NCBI GenBank assembly: GCA_002256025.1
Contig: NKIB01013278.1
Span: 1 to 60,711 of the forward strand
Source of the DNA: Asterionella formosa
Lineage: Eukaryota
DNA: 60,711 nucleotides
Reading direction: 5' to 3'
Below, piece after piece: positions 25,522-36,918 of the stretch. Within the stretch, counting starts at the first letter, position 1. Every line of letters begins with the position of its first letter. The position numbers and the translations under genes were made by a program. Under the pieces are notes generated by a model, which searched no databases, had not been told where the DNA came from, and was given only the letters and a program-made list of their open reading frames with translations.

Positions 25522-25697
25522 TGTTGAGGGGAACCTTATCGTGAATAAAGGTGAACTTCAATATTATGACTATTCTATTGCTGTTTTGAGTACATTGTTG
25601 TTAGCTCTCACGCATGAACATAATCTGGTGGTTACGCCGGTACCGGTATGGTTGTTCAAATGGCGCATGTACGGAGTACCATACTCAGATATTAGCA
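25522..25697 (-). repeat. 5' LTR of the copia element
   Basis: Direct repeat of 20576-20749, upstream of gag on the minus strand. Confidence 0.95.
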
Positions 25698-27116
25698 CCT
25701 GGTACTCTGTACCACATAACACCATAGCTACTACCAGGTAGTCAGAGCTCCGAATCAACAAAGCAGAAGAAATAAATGAACCATAATTGTCGGCCGCAGT
25801 ATGAAATTGACATCTATGGTGTGCCACCAAAAATTGGACAATACGTACTAAGTTTTGGTTGGCTACTAACCAAAATCCGCTTTTCCGCCAATCATCATTG
25901 GTATTTTTGCTTTAATGATACTGTACATGATATTACCGGCATTTTGTTGCTTTGTTGTATGCAACATGCATGTACCTGTGCAAGTTGCGGTAATTGTGCT
26001 GAAACTAAATACTTAAGCTATCTTTATCCTGAATTAAATTGTTTATTTAAGCCAGATGACCTTGCTCTGGTACCTGGTGCTGTACCTGGTACTCCAGCAC
26101 CTTGAAATCGAAAGCCAGAAAAAAAGATCATTGCTTTGATGCATTGCAAATAAATGCATGCCAGCAACTACCGGTACCGGTAATGGTACAAGCAACCAAA
26201 TAAACTTTTTTCCTGGAAGGTCTGGTAGGGCACAGTCTCTGCGCACCTTTCAGATTCGACGCACTCCCAATAGATTGTCTCATGCCTGCCAGACAAGATG
26301 GGCTGGCCATTCATTCCAAAATCTCTCAAGTTCCTTGTGTCAATTTTAAATTATCATCCGTTAAATCCAATTGGTGTTCTAATCATCGAAATTGTGCTCA
26401 CCTACTATTTCCGGTACTGATAATGGTACAGTATTCAGCACCTGGATGACGATTTGCTATTGGAATTCACCAATCAATAACTTCCAGTCATTGTCAGCAG
26501 TTTCTAGTCATAGTCATCTGATTTCAAGTCGCATGTACCAGTAGTCGCCAAATGGGACAGCAATCATAAACAACAAATAGTCACTTTGAAAATGTCAATT
26601 GACTATTAATAGGCATTGCTTAAATAGAGAATCAAACAAAATTTGGTCCAACCTACAGGCTATCATAGTGTAGAATGTTGCATAACGTGAAAGTGTCAAA
26701 TCTGTTCATAACTTCGTCATTTTGAATTGTGCATCATCTAAACTACCGGTAGTATGTCAGGCAATGCGCCATTGGCGGCTTCATTTTTCGTTGTCAATAT
26801 ATTGCTATTACATTTATTTTTCAAGATTTTATTATCTTTATTGTGTTATATGTATTTACCAAATATCATACTAGCATCGTTTTCATTTGCCATGGAGAAA
26901 TTGGTTATTTTCGACATGGTCAAGGCAGAGATGGCATGATGCAGGATTCTCCAGCCGCACACAAGAACTACACTATAGCATTTTGTATACAGAAAGAAAT
27001 CGCAATTTATAAGCTAAACAATTATATATTAGTGTCTTTAGCCTTGGGGACAGTATCCATTGACATACCGGTACCCTGAAAATGAAAATATATATCATAT
27101 GTAGCAATAGTATACA

Positions 27117-27468
27117 AAATTTTTATACGTTTTATAGCCCACTCGTACTCCCCTCTTTCAAGGCAAGTATTTCATTGTGCTACATGCCGACAAGACATGT
27201 GCTTCCCTAGTTTTGTTAGCGTAGGTGATTCCCCAACCAACTTTTGCGAAAGAGAAGCGGCGTTAGTGAAAACTCCGACCGCCTAGGAAGGCGGCACAAG
27301 CTGCTTGTAGGGAGGCAACCCACTATTTCTTGCACACCAGGCAAGATTGTGCAGGACGGTAAGGAGTGTGGGAGTCAAACCCAAGAATTGCTTCTCAAAA
27401 TAATTGCGAGAATCAAATCTCACAACCTCAGATCAAAGGCAACGTGCTAAACCACTAAGCCACTCCCA
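27117..27468 (-). mobile_element. tRNA-derived SINE, copy 2
   Basis: Reverse complement aligns end to end with 6998-7343. A box TGGCTTAGTGG; B boxes decayed by transitions. 14-bp TSD AGCAATAGTATACA at 27103-27116 and 27469-27482. Confidence 0.9.
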
Positions 27469-27757
27469 AGCAATAGTATACAGTATACTGGTATGTGATA
27501 AATGATATGAATGATATTGCAAATACGGTACCTGGTACCACCAGGTAGTATATTGGTATCCCCGATAGGCTGTTGCATCTGGATGATAATGACTTGGAAC
27601 GTGTATATAGATGTGACGTTACATATTCATATATGTAGTATTATTGACAAGGCTATCAGGGGGCGGTATTGGTTGTGTTCATTCATGTATATACTTCAAA
27701 GGCATTAGGGCCATTCACAAAATCTATTCTTATTTGCAAGTTCTACCTGTAGTCGTT

Positions 27758-27897
27758 GTCAGCAAAGTCTAGTTGCTGTCAACAAGTTCTATTTGTATTC
27801 AGCAAGTTCTATTCATAGTTAGCAGTTTCTAGTCATAGTCAGCAGATTCTAGTTGTAGTCAGCAGTTTCTAATGATTGTCAGCCAGTTCTAAACATA
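27758..27897. repeat. Degenerate 20-bp tandem repeat (7 units)
   Basis: Consensus ~GTCAGCAGTTTCTAGT(T/C)(G/A)TA at an exact 20-bp period. A related unit lies at 26493-26512. Confidence 0.85.
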
Positions 27898-28537
27898 AAA
27901 AGGTAGGATTCCTATGTTGATTCCAAATTTAGAAGATGGTTTGCTGATACCATTCATCAATCAGGAAATTCTGAGTCATGTTCAGGGACTGATTCTGCAA
28001 ATTGTCATCAGGAAATAAGAGTAATGTTTTCCTAAAAAACTTAATGAATATTATTTTCATCGAAAGCTGGCCTATCTTGTCCAGCAGGCATGAGAGGATC
28101 CATTGGGAGTGCAACAAAACTGAAATGTACACATAGTACATGCACTGCCAGACCTTCCCGGAATGCATGGCTGTAGTTTTACCAGTAGTCATGCAATTGT
28201 AATTGAATACCGGTTAAGTTATTTCTGGTACTCCGTTTTGTTCTTTATGATTAACTTTGCTGAGGGGTGAGCCCAGTATTTTAGCAATTTGGCAACAACT
28301 TTAATTAACTATTGAAACCAGCCACAACGTAATACATTCTACTCTGATGGAGGGAATGCTGTGCGCACTACTGGTTGGGTTGTTGCATATACCTTCTCGA
28401 TTCCTACCCGTACATTGTTAGGATGCAAGCGAATTGATTCATCAATTGCACTGGTGCTAGCAAGGAGAAAATTATGAATGAAAACTGAACAATACAATTG
28501 CATCAGCTTTCCTTAAATCGAACACTTTATGTTGCGC

Positions 28538-30160
28538 TCACAATCGAGATGGTAATTTGGAAGCGGCCAACAAGGCGTCGGCCTTTAGCTTGGACTTGTT
28601 CATGGCGTTGTAGTCTTCGGTAGGCCTTTTCTTGCCTTGTAGAATGGCGTCGATAAAATCAGTCGTAGCTGTATCAGCCCAGCTTGTACCAAATCCAAAC
28701 ATGCTGCCGGTGTCAGGAGGACTCTCTTGCCATCCAAGATGACCTCCGCATTTAGTATTGACAACCAAAACATTGGGATTGGCCAGAGGGTAGTACATCT
28801 TTCCTATAGATCCGTCGCGAACCAAGAAATCGTCTTGCGATGTGAGAAGTAGCAGAGGAACTGAAATGTGCCGTATGTAGAGGTAGGAACTTGCGTCTTT
28901 CCAGTACGCGTCCGCATTATCGTAACCAATTCTTGTTTCAAACGGAAAAACAGGGTTATTCTTGATCAGGATGGGAGCAATTGCTTCGTCCACACCCTGG
29001 ATCGTTGGAGCCATCATGGTGCGGTGCAGGACAGCTTGGAACTGGGGACATCTCATCGCTTTGAAAGTCTTCTGATTCTCCAGTAAACCCTTCTTTACTC
29101 CGAACGCAAGAAGGTAATTCCACGGAAAGTGGATGTTGTCACCGTGAATATGTAGTGGATTTCCCAAACTAATACCTCCAGCTACCCCCTCTGGTAGTGT
29201 TTCCGAGAGTCCCTCCTCTCCGAGATATTTTGTAATTAAGTTAGCTCCCAGAGAATTACCTACAAGGAACAGTTTCGCTTCGTCGTTGAACCTTGATGTA
29301 ATATTTTGTACAACAGATCGAATGTCTCCAGTATATGCACCTGTGTAGCCTCGTGGTGTTGTAAGCGGAGCTCCTCCGCACCCACGAAAATTCATCCCCA
29401 CTGCAATCCACCCTCGGTCGGTACAAGCCCGCATCAAGGCTCGTATGTAGCCAAAGCTTGAATCATTATTGATCCCATGTAAGATTAAAACGACGGGTCG
29501 ACGAATGACTCCGAGCAGACACTCCTTCTCTTGTTCCTCTGGTTTTATCAGCTCGTCATCGCACACAGGTAACTCCCAGTCCAAGGCGATAAGGGCTCCA
29601 TCTTGTGTCATTTTGAGCAGCTGTCGAAAGCGAACATGATCTTTGATACATGGTCCAGCAAGTGCGTACGCTGCGGTGCTTGCCATCACACTTCGAGTGC
29701 CAACAAATAGGCTGGGGTGGATGTCTCGTGTCAGCAAAGATGTTGCGGTTGCCGTCAAGCGCTGAAATATATCGTGCATCGGACTACCTTTCTGACACTG
29801 CCCATAAACAGATGGCGGACATGTCAATTTCTTTTGAAGATTTATCTCATATCCCAATATCAAGGAGGAAATTGCAGATATCAAAGCCACCCACCCTTGT
29901 GGTGTCTCCGGTAAGGATTCATTGAATGACGAACGTCGCCTTGAAACTTGCCTTGAAAAACTCTTGGAAAGGCTTCTCAGATTTCGGCCACCTACCCGAG
30001 TTGGTTCATTTGTATCGGATGCATCAATCATCTCGTAGGCCTTGGAGCAGCGATCTGTTTCATTCCTCGTGATCACCTGAATACTTGACTCACACTCGTG
30101 AAAGTCGCCGTCGTCTGTAATCATGTGCCCCAGTTCATTAGTTTCTTGGTTCGGGGTCAT
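28538..30160 (-). CDS. ABHD1/2/3-YheT-like alpha/beta hydrolase
   Basis: 540-aa ORF with DG..IALDW, LILHG, NFRGCGG, nucleophile motif GNSLG, DD and GGHLG. Confidence 0.92.
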   Translation of the reverse strand: MTPNQETNELGHMITDDGDFHECESSIQVITRNETDRCSKAYEMIDASDTNEPTRVGGRNLRSLSKSFSRQVSRRRSSFNESLPETPQGWVALISAISSLILGYEINLQKKLTCPPSVYGQCQKGSPMHDIFQRLTATATSLLTRDIHPSLFVGTRSVMASTAAYALAGPCIKDHVRFRQLLKMTQDGALIALDWELPVCDDELIKPEEQEKECLLGVIRRPVVLILHGINNDSSFGYIRALMRACTDRGWIAVGMNFRGCGGAPLTTPRGYTGAYTGDIRSVVQNITSRFNDEAKLFLVGNSLGANLITKYLGEEGLSETLPEGVAGGISLGNPLHIHGDNIHFPWNYLLAFGVKKGLLENQKTFKAMRCPQFQAVLHRTMMAPTIQGVDEAIAPILIKNNPVFPFETRIGYDNADAYWKDASSYLYIRHISVPLLLLTSQDDFLVRDGSIGKMYYPLANPNVLVVNTKCGGHLGWQESPPDTGSMFGFGTSWADTATTDFIDAILQGKKRPTEDYNAMNKSKLKADALLAASKLPSRL

Positions 30161-30972
30161 GCCTGATTAATCTATCACTCGACTTTCAAAGAGCTTCTAA
30201 AGCATTCGGCATGGCACAATCTCGTTCGGATTTGTTCTTGGTGTTTCATATAACGACGGCTGATACTGGCTGATGTTTCCATTCTGCTGATGCATGCCTG
30301 TAGCAGGATATGCATAATACCAACACTTCGATTACCTATATATACATATATATAAATAAATATTGAATCTAAGTAATTTGTTGTATGACCTCCAGACGGA
30401 AAAAGCATGAACACATTCTTCTGCCTTCTTCCGAAAAACGTATGTGGGCTCGTTCTTTTTCGATTTTCTTGGCTACGCACTGGCAGTATTGCGCTCGAGC
30501 CAAATGCAGATACCGGTAGGTGCTGTGGTACGATGAATGATATACCGGTATGTGAATTCACTACGTATGAAAGAGGAATGAAATTTTCTACATAGATATT
30601 AGGTATTTATGCATATATTGTTTGCATACATTTTTTATCATTATAAACATTCGAATAAAGAACCTTCATACATGAATAGGAGAAAAAAGCCTACCGGTAT
30701 TAGACGTTACCTGTTACTCCGTACTTTCGTTTGGTACCTGGTACTGGTACCGCTTTGTATACAGTACTCTATGTTGTTTTCCGTACCTTGTACCAGGTAC
30801 ATCCTGATCGTAAGATTATACCAGTATTTCCATTGGCTGGTTGGTATGTTTCGATCAAGATCACAAATCACTAAATGATAAGTACAAGAAACAACCTTGT
30901 CGTTTTTCGCCATTCACACTAAACAAGAAATTCTAGTCACAAACATATCATCCGCCATTGAGGCTACACCAC

Positions 30973-32648
30973 ATGATTCGTACAATTGCTCGTCGAGCTA
31001 GCGACCGAGTCGTCATTCTTGGCTCTGGTTGGGGCGGATTTAATGCCGCTCTCAATGTCAGGAAGGATCTTCCGATAACTGTTGTCTCTCCGTCGAACCA
31101 TTTTGTGTTTACTCCCTTGTTGCCATCAACGGCAGTGGGTACTCTTGAGTTCCGGTGTATTCAAGAGCCAGTCAGGTGAGATTTTGATTTATGCGTTCAT
31201 TTTACTAAAACTAAGCAAGCGATTGTGCTGACGATCATGATTCTTTGAAACAGAACGATTCTAGGGCCCAATTCAGACTACGTACAAGCAAAGGCGCAAA
31301 GTCTGGATACTGAAAACAAAAAGCTGGTTTGTGAATCAACCCACGGAGATGAGGTTTTTGAAGTCGAGTACGATAAGCTCGTCATTGCTGTAGGCGTCAA
31401 GACGAACACTTTTGGCATTGAGTCCATCCAGGTAAATTGACTTGAAACATGTGCATGCGCGTCTGCACCAACATATCAAGACTTACTGAAGCAACTGTGT
31501 CCTCACTAATGTAGGAAGGCAACGGAATTTTCTTCTTGAAGCATCTTTATCATGCACGTCAGATTCGTAACAATATTATTGATTCCTTCGAAAAGGCAGC
31601 GATACCTGGTATGTCGGACGCCGAGCGAAAGAGACTGCTCTCATTCATTTGTGTCGGAGGAGGACCAACTTCATGCGAATTTGTGGCTGAGCTTCATGGT
31701 AAGTACAATTGTATTGGATAAGTGACATCAATCTTATCGACTTTTACTAGCTGAATTTGAACGTTGCTGACAGTTTTGCATACGCAGACTTCTTGAAGCA
31801 AGATGTAAGTCGAATGTACAGGGACTTGATACCGCACGTAACTATCACGCTTGTGGAAGCCGGTCCAGCGTTGCTGGGGCCATTTGATACGGCATTGCAA
31901 AACTATGCTTATGGATTGTTCAAAAATCGTGATATCGACGTCAGATTAGGAACAGCTGTGACGGGAGTAGAGGATTTTCTTGGCGACGGATACCGGTATC
32001 CCGCTCGTCGAGCCGTGCTTACTGACGGGACTTATTTGGAGTTTGGTACAATGGTCTGGTCAGCAGGTTTGGCGCCAGTCAAATTTACAGCACAATTGGA
32101 CATGCCTCGACATGCTCGCAATGGTCGTATTCTTGTGGACCAGTATCTTCGAGTCTTGGGCCATGAAGGTTCAATCTGGGCGATCGGCGACGCGGCAAAT
32201 GCTGTCGATGAAACAGGAGTCCCTCTGCCCCAACTAGCACAAGTTGCTCGTCAACAAGGAATATACCTCGGACAAATTTTTAATGGCGAACAAAAGGAGG
32301 ACGAAAAGCCTTTCAGGTTCTTTAGTCTCGGCAGTATGGCATCCTTGGGTGAAATGAAAGGTGTCTACGACGGATCCAAAGTTGGCGAGCCTGGTAAGGA
32401 GAAGAAGCAGCCCATGATGAAAGGTCTTCTGGCTCTTCTTTTGTGGAGATTTGCTTATTGGGGTAGACAGACTAGTCTCGTCAACAAAATTCTCATCCCA
32501 ATGCATTGGTTCAAGTCAATGATCTTTGGAAGAGGTAAGTCAAGGTGTTTGGGTAATAGGGTTTGTCGACTACCGATAGTGATTCCCACCTTCTTGACCT
32601 TAACTTGCTAGGCTCTTCTTCCTTCTCACAGATATTTCACGATTCTAA
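30973..32648 (+). CDS. Type II (alternative) NAD(P)H:quinone oxidoreductase, probably mitochondrial (5 exons)
   Basis: Exons 30973-31175, 31254-31431, 31515-31698, 31788-32534 and 32632-32648, all GT-AG and in frame. Motifs [37 protein letters not shown] and C-terminal GRDISRF. Confidence 0.93.
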
Positions 32649-34271
32649 CTTCCGAAGTATGCAAGTCCTATGACATTAGTACTCATTTGAATATTTAGGA
32701 CTAGCGTTGTTCATAGCTTGTCGTCGAATACTTTATTTTTTCATATGTAGTATTATGCGTGTTCCAGGTGTAAGTGCAAGTGCCACACCCACAAGAAAAC
32801 AAACAAACATACCCATCAGTTGCTTACGTTCCGAGTGATCATGCCTAAAGTTCTACTATCGCTCAGACAGCCCCGTCAATTTCCACCGTCCCCAGCCAGA
32901 GGACCATTCTTTGCCTCATTGAATATTTGAGCAAGATTAGATGAATACTCTGCAGGAATTCTGGAATCTAGGCTATCTTGTTGAAACGAGGCTTGTGGCA
33001 ATTTAACCAGTCTACATGTTCTCCGTACCAGGGAAAGGAGTACAACCTAGAAACTTAGTACCATCAGGTAGTCTGATACCATGGGGAGAAGAGGACGATT
33101 CCAGGAATCCCCAGGAACCAGTACCAGGAAATGAATTCCATTCCCTCTTGTAGCATTCTAGGTTTTCTTCGCAACATTCATTTTCCTCACTATGCTTTGA
33201 TTTATGACTGTCTGTTGTCAACAAGATAGTCTCATGTACTGCCTTCTCGTAAACTATGGTACCAGGTACCTGGTAAGGTAGAACAAAACTCCTGGTAGGA
33301 AATAGTAGGTTCCCTGTACATTCTACAGGTATATATACCGGTATTTTATTTTTTAAGAATCTGCTACGATATGTACCAGTAATATTTTTTGCTGTTGTGC
33401 AAATGTTTGTAAGCAAACCCCAATAATTTTGATGTTCCCTTTTACCTGGTACCAGCCAATGTATGGTGCGTCCAGTATCAGGTACCTGGTATCAGAAACA
33501 ACAGGAGCAGGTGAGATAAATGACGGTTTGTACTTATTGGGGAACACATCAAATTTCCCTACTACACTATACTAGCTAGACGGCCTTCGAGATACAATTA
33601 CAGATAGAAAAAAATTAATCGGGATATTTAGCCGTGTTTCTCCTATATCTTGAACCGTCTTTTACCGGACCTTCAACCATAGGTACCAGGGTACCATAGG
33701 TGTCTGTTCAGTAAATATGTACCAGTGGGAGCACGATTTTCTACTAAGTAAAAACCGTCCTTACGCACATTGCTGCACCGTATCAACGACCGGTACCAGT
33801 TACTGTGTGACATGACGGTATCTACTTTGTCGTAAGAACCTTCGTACCAGGTACCTGGTACGAAGGATTTCGGTAGAACACGTTGTTTACTTACGAAAAG
33901 GTTGAGCTTAATTATCGCGATTACGGAACCTTCATTGGAGGTTGGGCCACTCTTTTTTCGTACGTAGCGTTTGTTTGAAGAAGTCATTCAGGGTTAGGTT
34001 TAAGTCTGTACATACTACCAGTTAACGGTATATGTACCGGTTGGATTGGGAAACGCTGACGCACGACAAAAAAGGGATCCTCGGAGGCGTCGTGTTCTCA
34101 GCTGCTTCTCGCGTCGTCCGCTCATTCTCTATCCACAGACGATCGTTAGCGTGAGTTCTCGTACGTGCGTGTCTTCTATCGTTATTCTCAGTCCATGAAC
34201 ATTGCGAACGCTCTCCTCACTGTTGCACTTGTCAATCCCTCTTGCCTTCTCAGATCATATCATACAGCAAA

Positions 34272-34589
34272 ATGAAGTCCTTCCAAGTCCTTCTCCTTGC
34301 CGTCGTCATTGCCTGCGCCGCTGCTTTCGCTCCTGCGACTGTCAGACCTGCTTTCAAGGTTACCAGCATGGCTATGAACAAGATGTCCCAAGAGCCTGCC
34401 AAGATCATGCACCCTAACGCTGCTGCCCTTGTTGCTTTCGCAACCGCCATGGCCCCACTTGCTGCACATGCTACCACCGAGGTTGATGACCTCAACACCG
34501 TCATCGGACTCGGAGTCGGACTTGTCGCTTGCGTTGTTTCCCTCGCCGTTGGATTCACCATTGGATACGGTACTCTTACAAAGCCATAA
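34272..34589 (+). CDS. Small single-helix thylakoid-type protein with tripartite leader
   Basis: MKSFQ...AAA-FAP signal and transit peptide, then a hydrophobic stretch ending AHA. The 38-aa mature peptide has one Gly-rich transmembrane helix. Third codon positions are strongly C/T-biased. Confidence 0.85.
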   Translation: MKSFQVLLLAVVIACAAAFAPATVRPAFKVTSMAMNKMSQEPAKIMHPNAAALVAFATAMAPLAAHATTEVDDLNTVIGLGVGLVACVVSLAVGFTIGYGTLTKP

Positions 34590-35100
34590 ATTAGCTATGC
34601 TTTTTGTAAATACGTCGCGAATGCCGTCTGCCGATGAGCTATCATAGATGATTGATTGTTATTTTAAGACAACGTGTTGACTGCAACACTTCCATTTACA
34701 AAAATGCTGGATTTATATATACAACTATTGACTTATATAGTTTGCCATGTATCGTTTCGTTTGGAAGGTTATTTGGAGGCTGAGAAGCCCAACGTCTTCC
34801 GTCAATTGCGATAGTGCTTGCCATCAGGACTCTATCAGAAGTCAATGACAAGTCATGGTCTACAGCTACTGTTTTGCATCCCCTTCATGGCCGTTGACCA
34901 CCAAACCACTCCCATCGTGATGTTGAACCCCACCCAGTTCAAGATCCGTCCAATTTCAAGGGGGAAATTCCTCATTCTCTGGGTGGAGCAACCAAAACTG
35001 GGGTTTACGTTGATATTGTCTCGTCTCGTCGACATGGCGATCTCTTGACCATCTAACACTAGCATGTTCATCACTAACTCTTGACATCTGAACTACCAGA

Positions 35101-36183
35101 ATGATTTTAACTGTCGGAGGAACGTTTCTCAGCTCTGCCCAAAAGGCAGCCCTTGAAGAGACGGCGTCCAAGATCGCATTTCCCGGCAAAGGCATCACTG
35201 CATGTGACGAAAGCGCAGGAACTATCGGTTCGCGCTTCGAGGCTGTCGGAATTGAAAATACCGAGGAGAATAGAAGGGCGTACCGACAGATGCTGTTTGA
35301 GACTCCTGGATGCGAAAATTATTTGAGCGCTGCTATTCTTGACCCTGAGACTCTGTACCAAAAATCTACTACTGACGGGAAAGTGTTTCCCCAAGGGTTA
35401 GCGGATCGGGGCGTCGTTCCCGGGGTCAAGCCCCATTTGAAGATATACACTCTTCCTGGAACCAACGGAGACACTATAATGCAGGGCCTTGATTCCCTCA
35501 ACATACGGTGCAAGGAGTATTTTGAGGCAGGAGCACGATTTGCCAAATGGCGCTCACCTATTCAGATCGATGTGGAGCTGGGTCGACCCACCGATCTCGC
35601 GATAAAATCCAACATGCAAGATTTGGCCCGCTATGCTTTGATTTGTCAAAGTGAGGGACTTATGCCGATTGTAGAACCGGATGTTTCCTTGACGGGGTCG
35701 CATACATTGGAGCAAGCAGTCGATGTGAATATTCGGGTCCAATCCGAGTTGTTTAAAGCCATGATTGATCATGGCGTGTATATGGCTGGATGTACATTAA
35801 AGTCGAACATTGTCAACCCTGGAATAGATTGTCCACTTTCTTACACCGTTGATGAAATTGCGAGGGCCAATATTTTTGTTCTACAACAAAGCTTTCCTGT
35901 TGCCATAAAGAGTGCGAATTACCTTTCTGGTGGACAGACCCTTGAACAGGCTGCTGCTCGTCTCAGTGTTATCAATAAGATCAAAGGAAACGCCCCATGG
36001 AACTTAAGTTTTAGCTGGAGCAAGGCGCTTCAGATTCCACTTCTCGATCTGTGCAAAGGTGAGACGAAGTTATGTCTCGAAGAGATGAGCAAATTGTACA
36101 TGGCGGAGCTCAAGATTGCTGGAGCTGCGGCTACAGGGGTCTGGGACGCAAACCTTAAAGCAGGCGACCACGTTGGTAAATAA
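35101..36183 (+). CDS. Class I fructose-bisphosphate aldolase (divergent)
   Basis: KGITACDES, ENTEENRRAYR, GARFAKWR, LARYALICQ, PIVEPD, TLKSN (Schiff-base Lys position) and LSGGQ. CTAAC...CCAG just upstream hints at an upstream intron or exon. Confidence 0.92.
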   Translation: MILTVGGTFLSSAQKAALEETASKIAFPGKGITACDESAGTIGSRFEAVGIENTEENRRAYRQMLFETPGCENYLSAAILDPETLYQKSTTDGKVFPQGLADRGVVPGVKPHLKIYTLPGTNGDTIMQGLDSLNIRCKEYFEAGARFAKWRSPIQIDVELGRPTDLAIKSNMQDLARYALICQSEGLMPIVEPDVSLTGSHTLEQAVDVNIRVQSELFKAMIDHGVYMAGCTLKSNIVNPGIDCPLSYTVDEIARANIFVLQQSFPVAIKSANYLSGGQTLEQAAARLSVINKIKGNAPWNLSFSWSKALQIPLLDLCKGETKLCLEEMSKLYMAELKIAGAAATGVWDANLKAGDHVGK

Positions 36184-36255
36184 AATACTTGAATGCCACT
36201 TTTTCATCGTTTTGTGAAGCTATGATCATCTCTAATGACATTTGTAAGAGGGTAA

Positions 36256-36918
36256 CTACGCAATTATTCCTTCTTCGCGTTGTCGGCTAATCTCCTTTAT
36301 CAACAGTTTTTCGTGTCGATCCTCAATGCCTTGTCGAACACGATTACAGCAACACATTCCTAGAAGCATGTAAAGACATCCCATTGCTACCAAGGCATAG
36401 GATGGCATCTTGACTAGAACAGATATAAAATTGGCCATTGCTGTATCAGGACTAACGCGAACTGAGTGCGATTCTTCCACTCCAATCAAACCAGTATATG
36501 AATATAGAAAACCTCGATAGACCCAATTCTCCAAGGCAGGAAGGTAGTTTAGAAGAGTCTTATATTGCAGCTCTGCCACTATTGACGTCAAGCAAAAGAT
36601 GAGTATGTGAACACGGAGAATGACTTGAATTGGTTCCAACGGTACGGTAGCAGCTGTCAGACCTTGTGATAATGCCATAAAGGTCAGGGAAGACATGGAA
36701 GCGGTGCTAATGACTAAAAAAGAAATGTGTGCCCAAGATCTCCGAGGACCGACATAAATGTGTTTGACTTCTTGGGGATCTGGATCTTCATCGGTTTGCT
36801 CACTCGAAATGCCGGATGACTGCGCAGCGATCAGTGCAAAAAGGGGCGACCTCTCTGATTTGTTGAGATCCTTTTCATTTTGGGATATTCCCACTGGAGT
36901 CTGTTGCGAATGAGACAT
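36256..36918 (-). CDS. Multi-pass membrane protein, COPI-associated/TVP15-like
   Basis: Four hydrophobic segments, with W..RGFLYSY.G and G.LYMLLG motifs. First ATG is at 36918. Confidence 0.65.
   Translation of the reverse strand: MSHSQQTPVGISQNEKDLNKSERSPLFALIAAQSSGISSEQTDEDPDPQEVKHIYVGPRRSWAHISFLVISTASMSSLTFMALSQGLTAATVPLEPIQVILRVHILIFCLTSIVAELQYKTLLNYLPALENWVYRGFLYSYTGLIGVEESHSVRVSPDTAMANFISVLVKMPSYALVAMGCLYMLLGMCCCNRVRQGIEDRHEKLLIKEISRQREEGIIA

Larger units (their letters stand above)
20576..25697 (-). mobile_element. Decayed Ty1/copia LTR retrotransposon (diatom CoDi-like)
   Basis: TG...CA LTRs at 20576-20749 and 25522-25697; TSD CCTGG at 20571-20575 and 25698-25702. On the minus strand, in copia order and with many frameshifts: gag (YCWTHG..H.S.TC), protease ADSGSSGN (~24180), integrase (IYTDQTGKF, LDNECS, HRRNAAE), RT (MTLDLSDFYL, GMYGLPQAG, DVDDFGV) and only the tail of RNase H (DMRYYWVRD, ADYFTK). 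PPT-like GGTGAGGGTG lies next to the 3' LTR. Confidence 0.95.

Noticed and set aside
27758..27897. CRISPR-like array
   Set aside because: Units are contiguous with no unique spacers, the context is eukaryotic and there are no cas genes.
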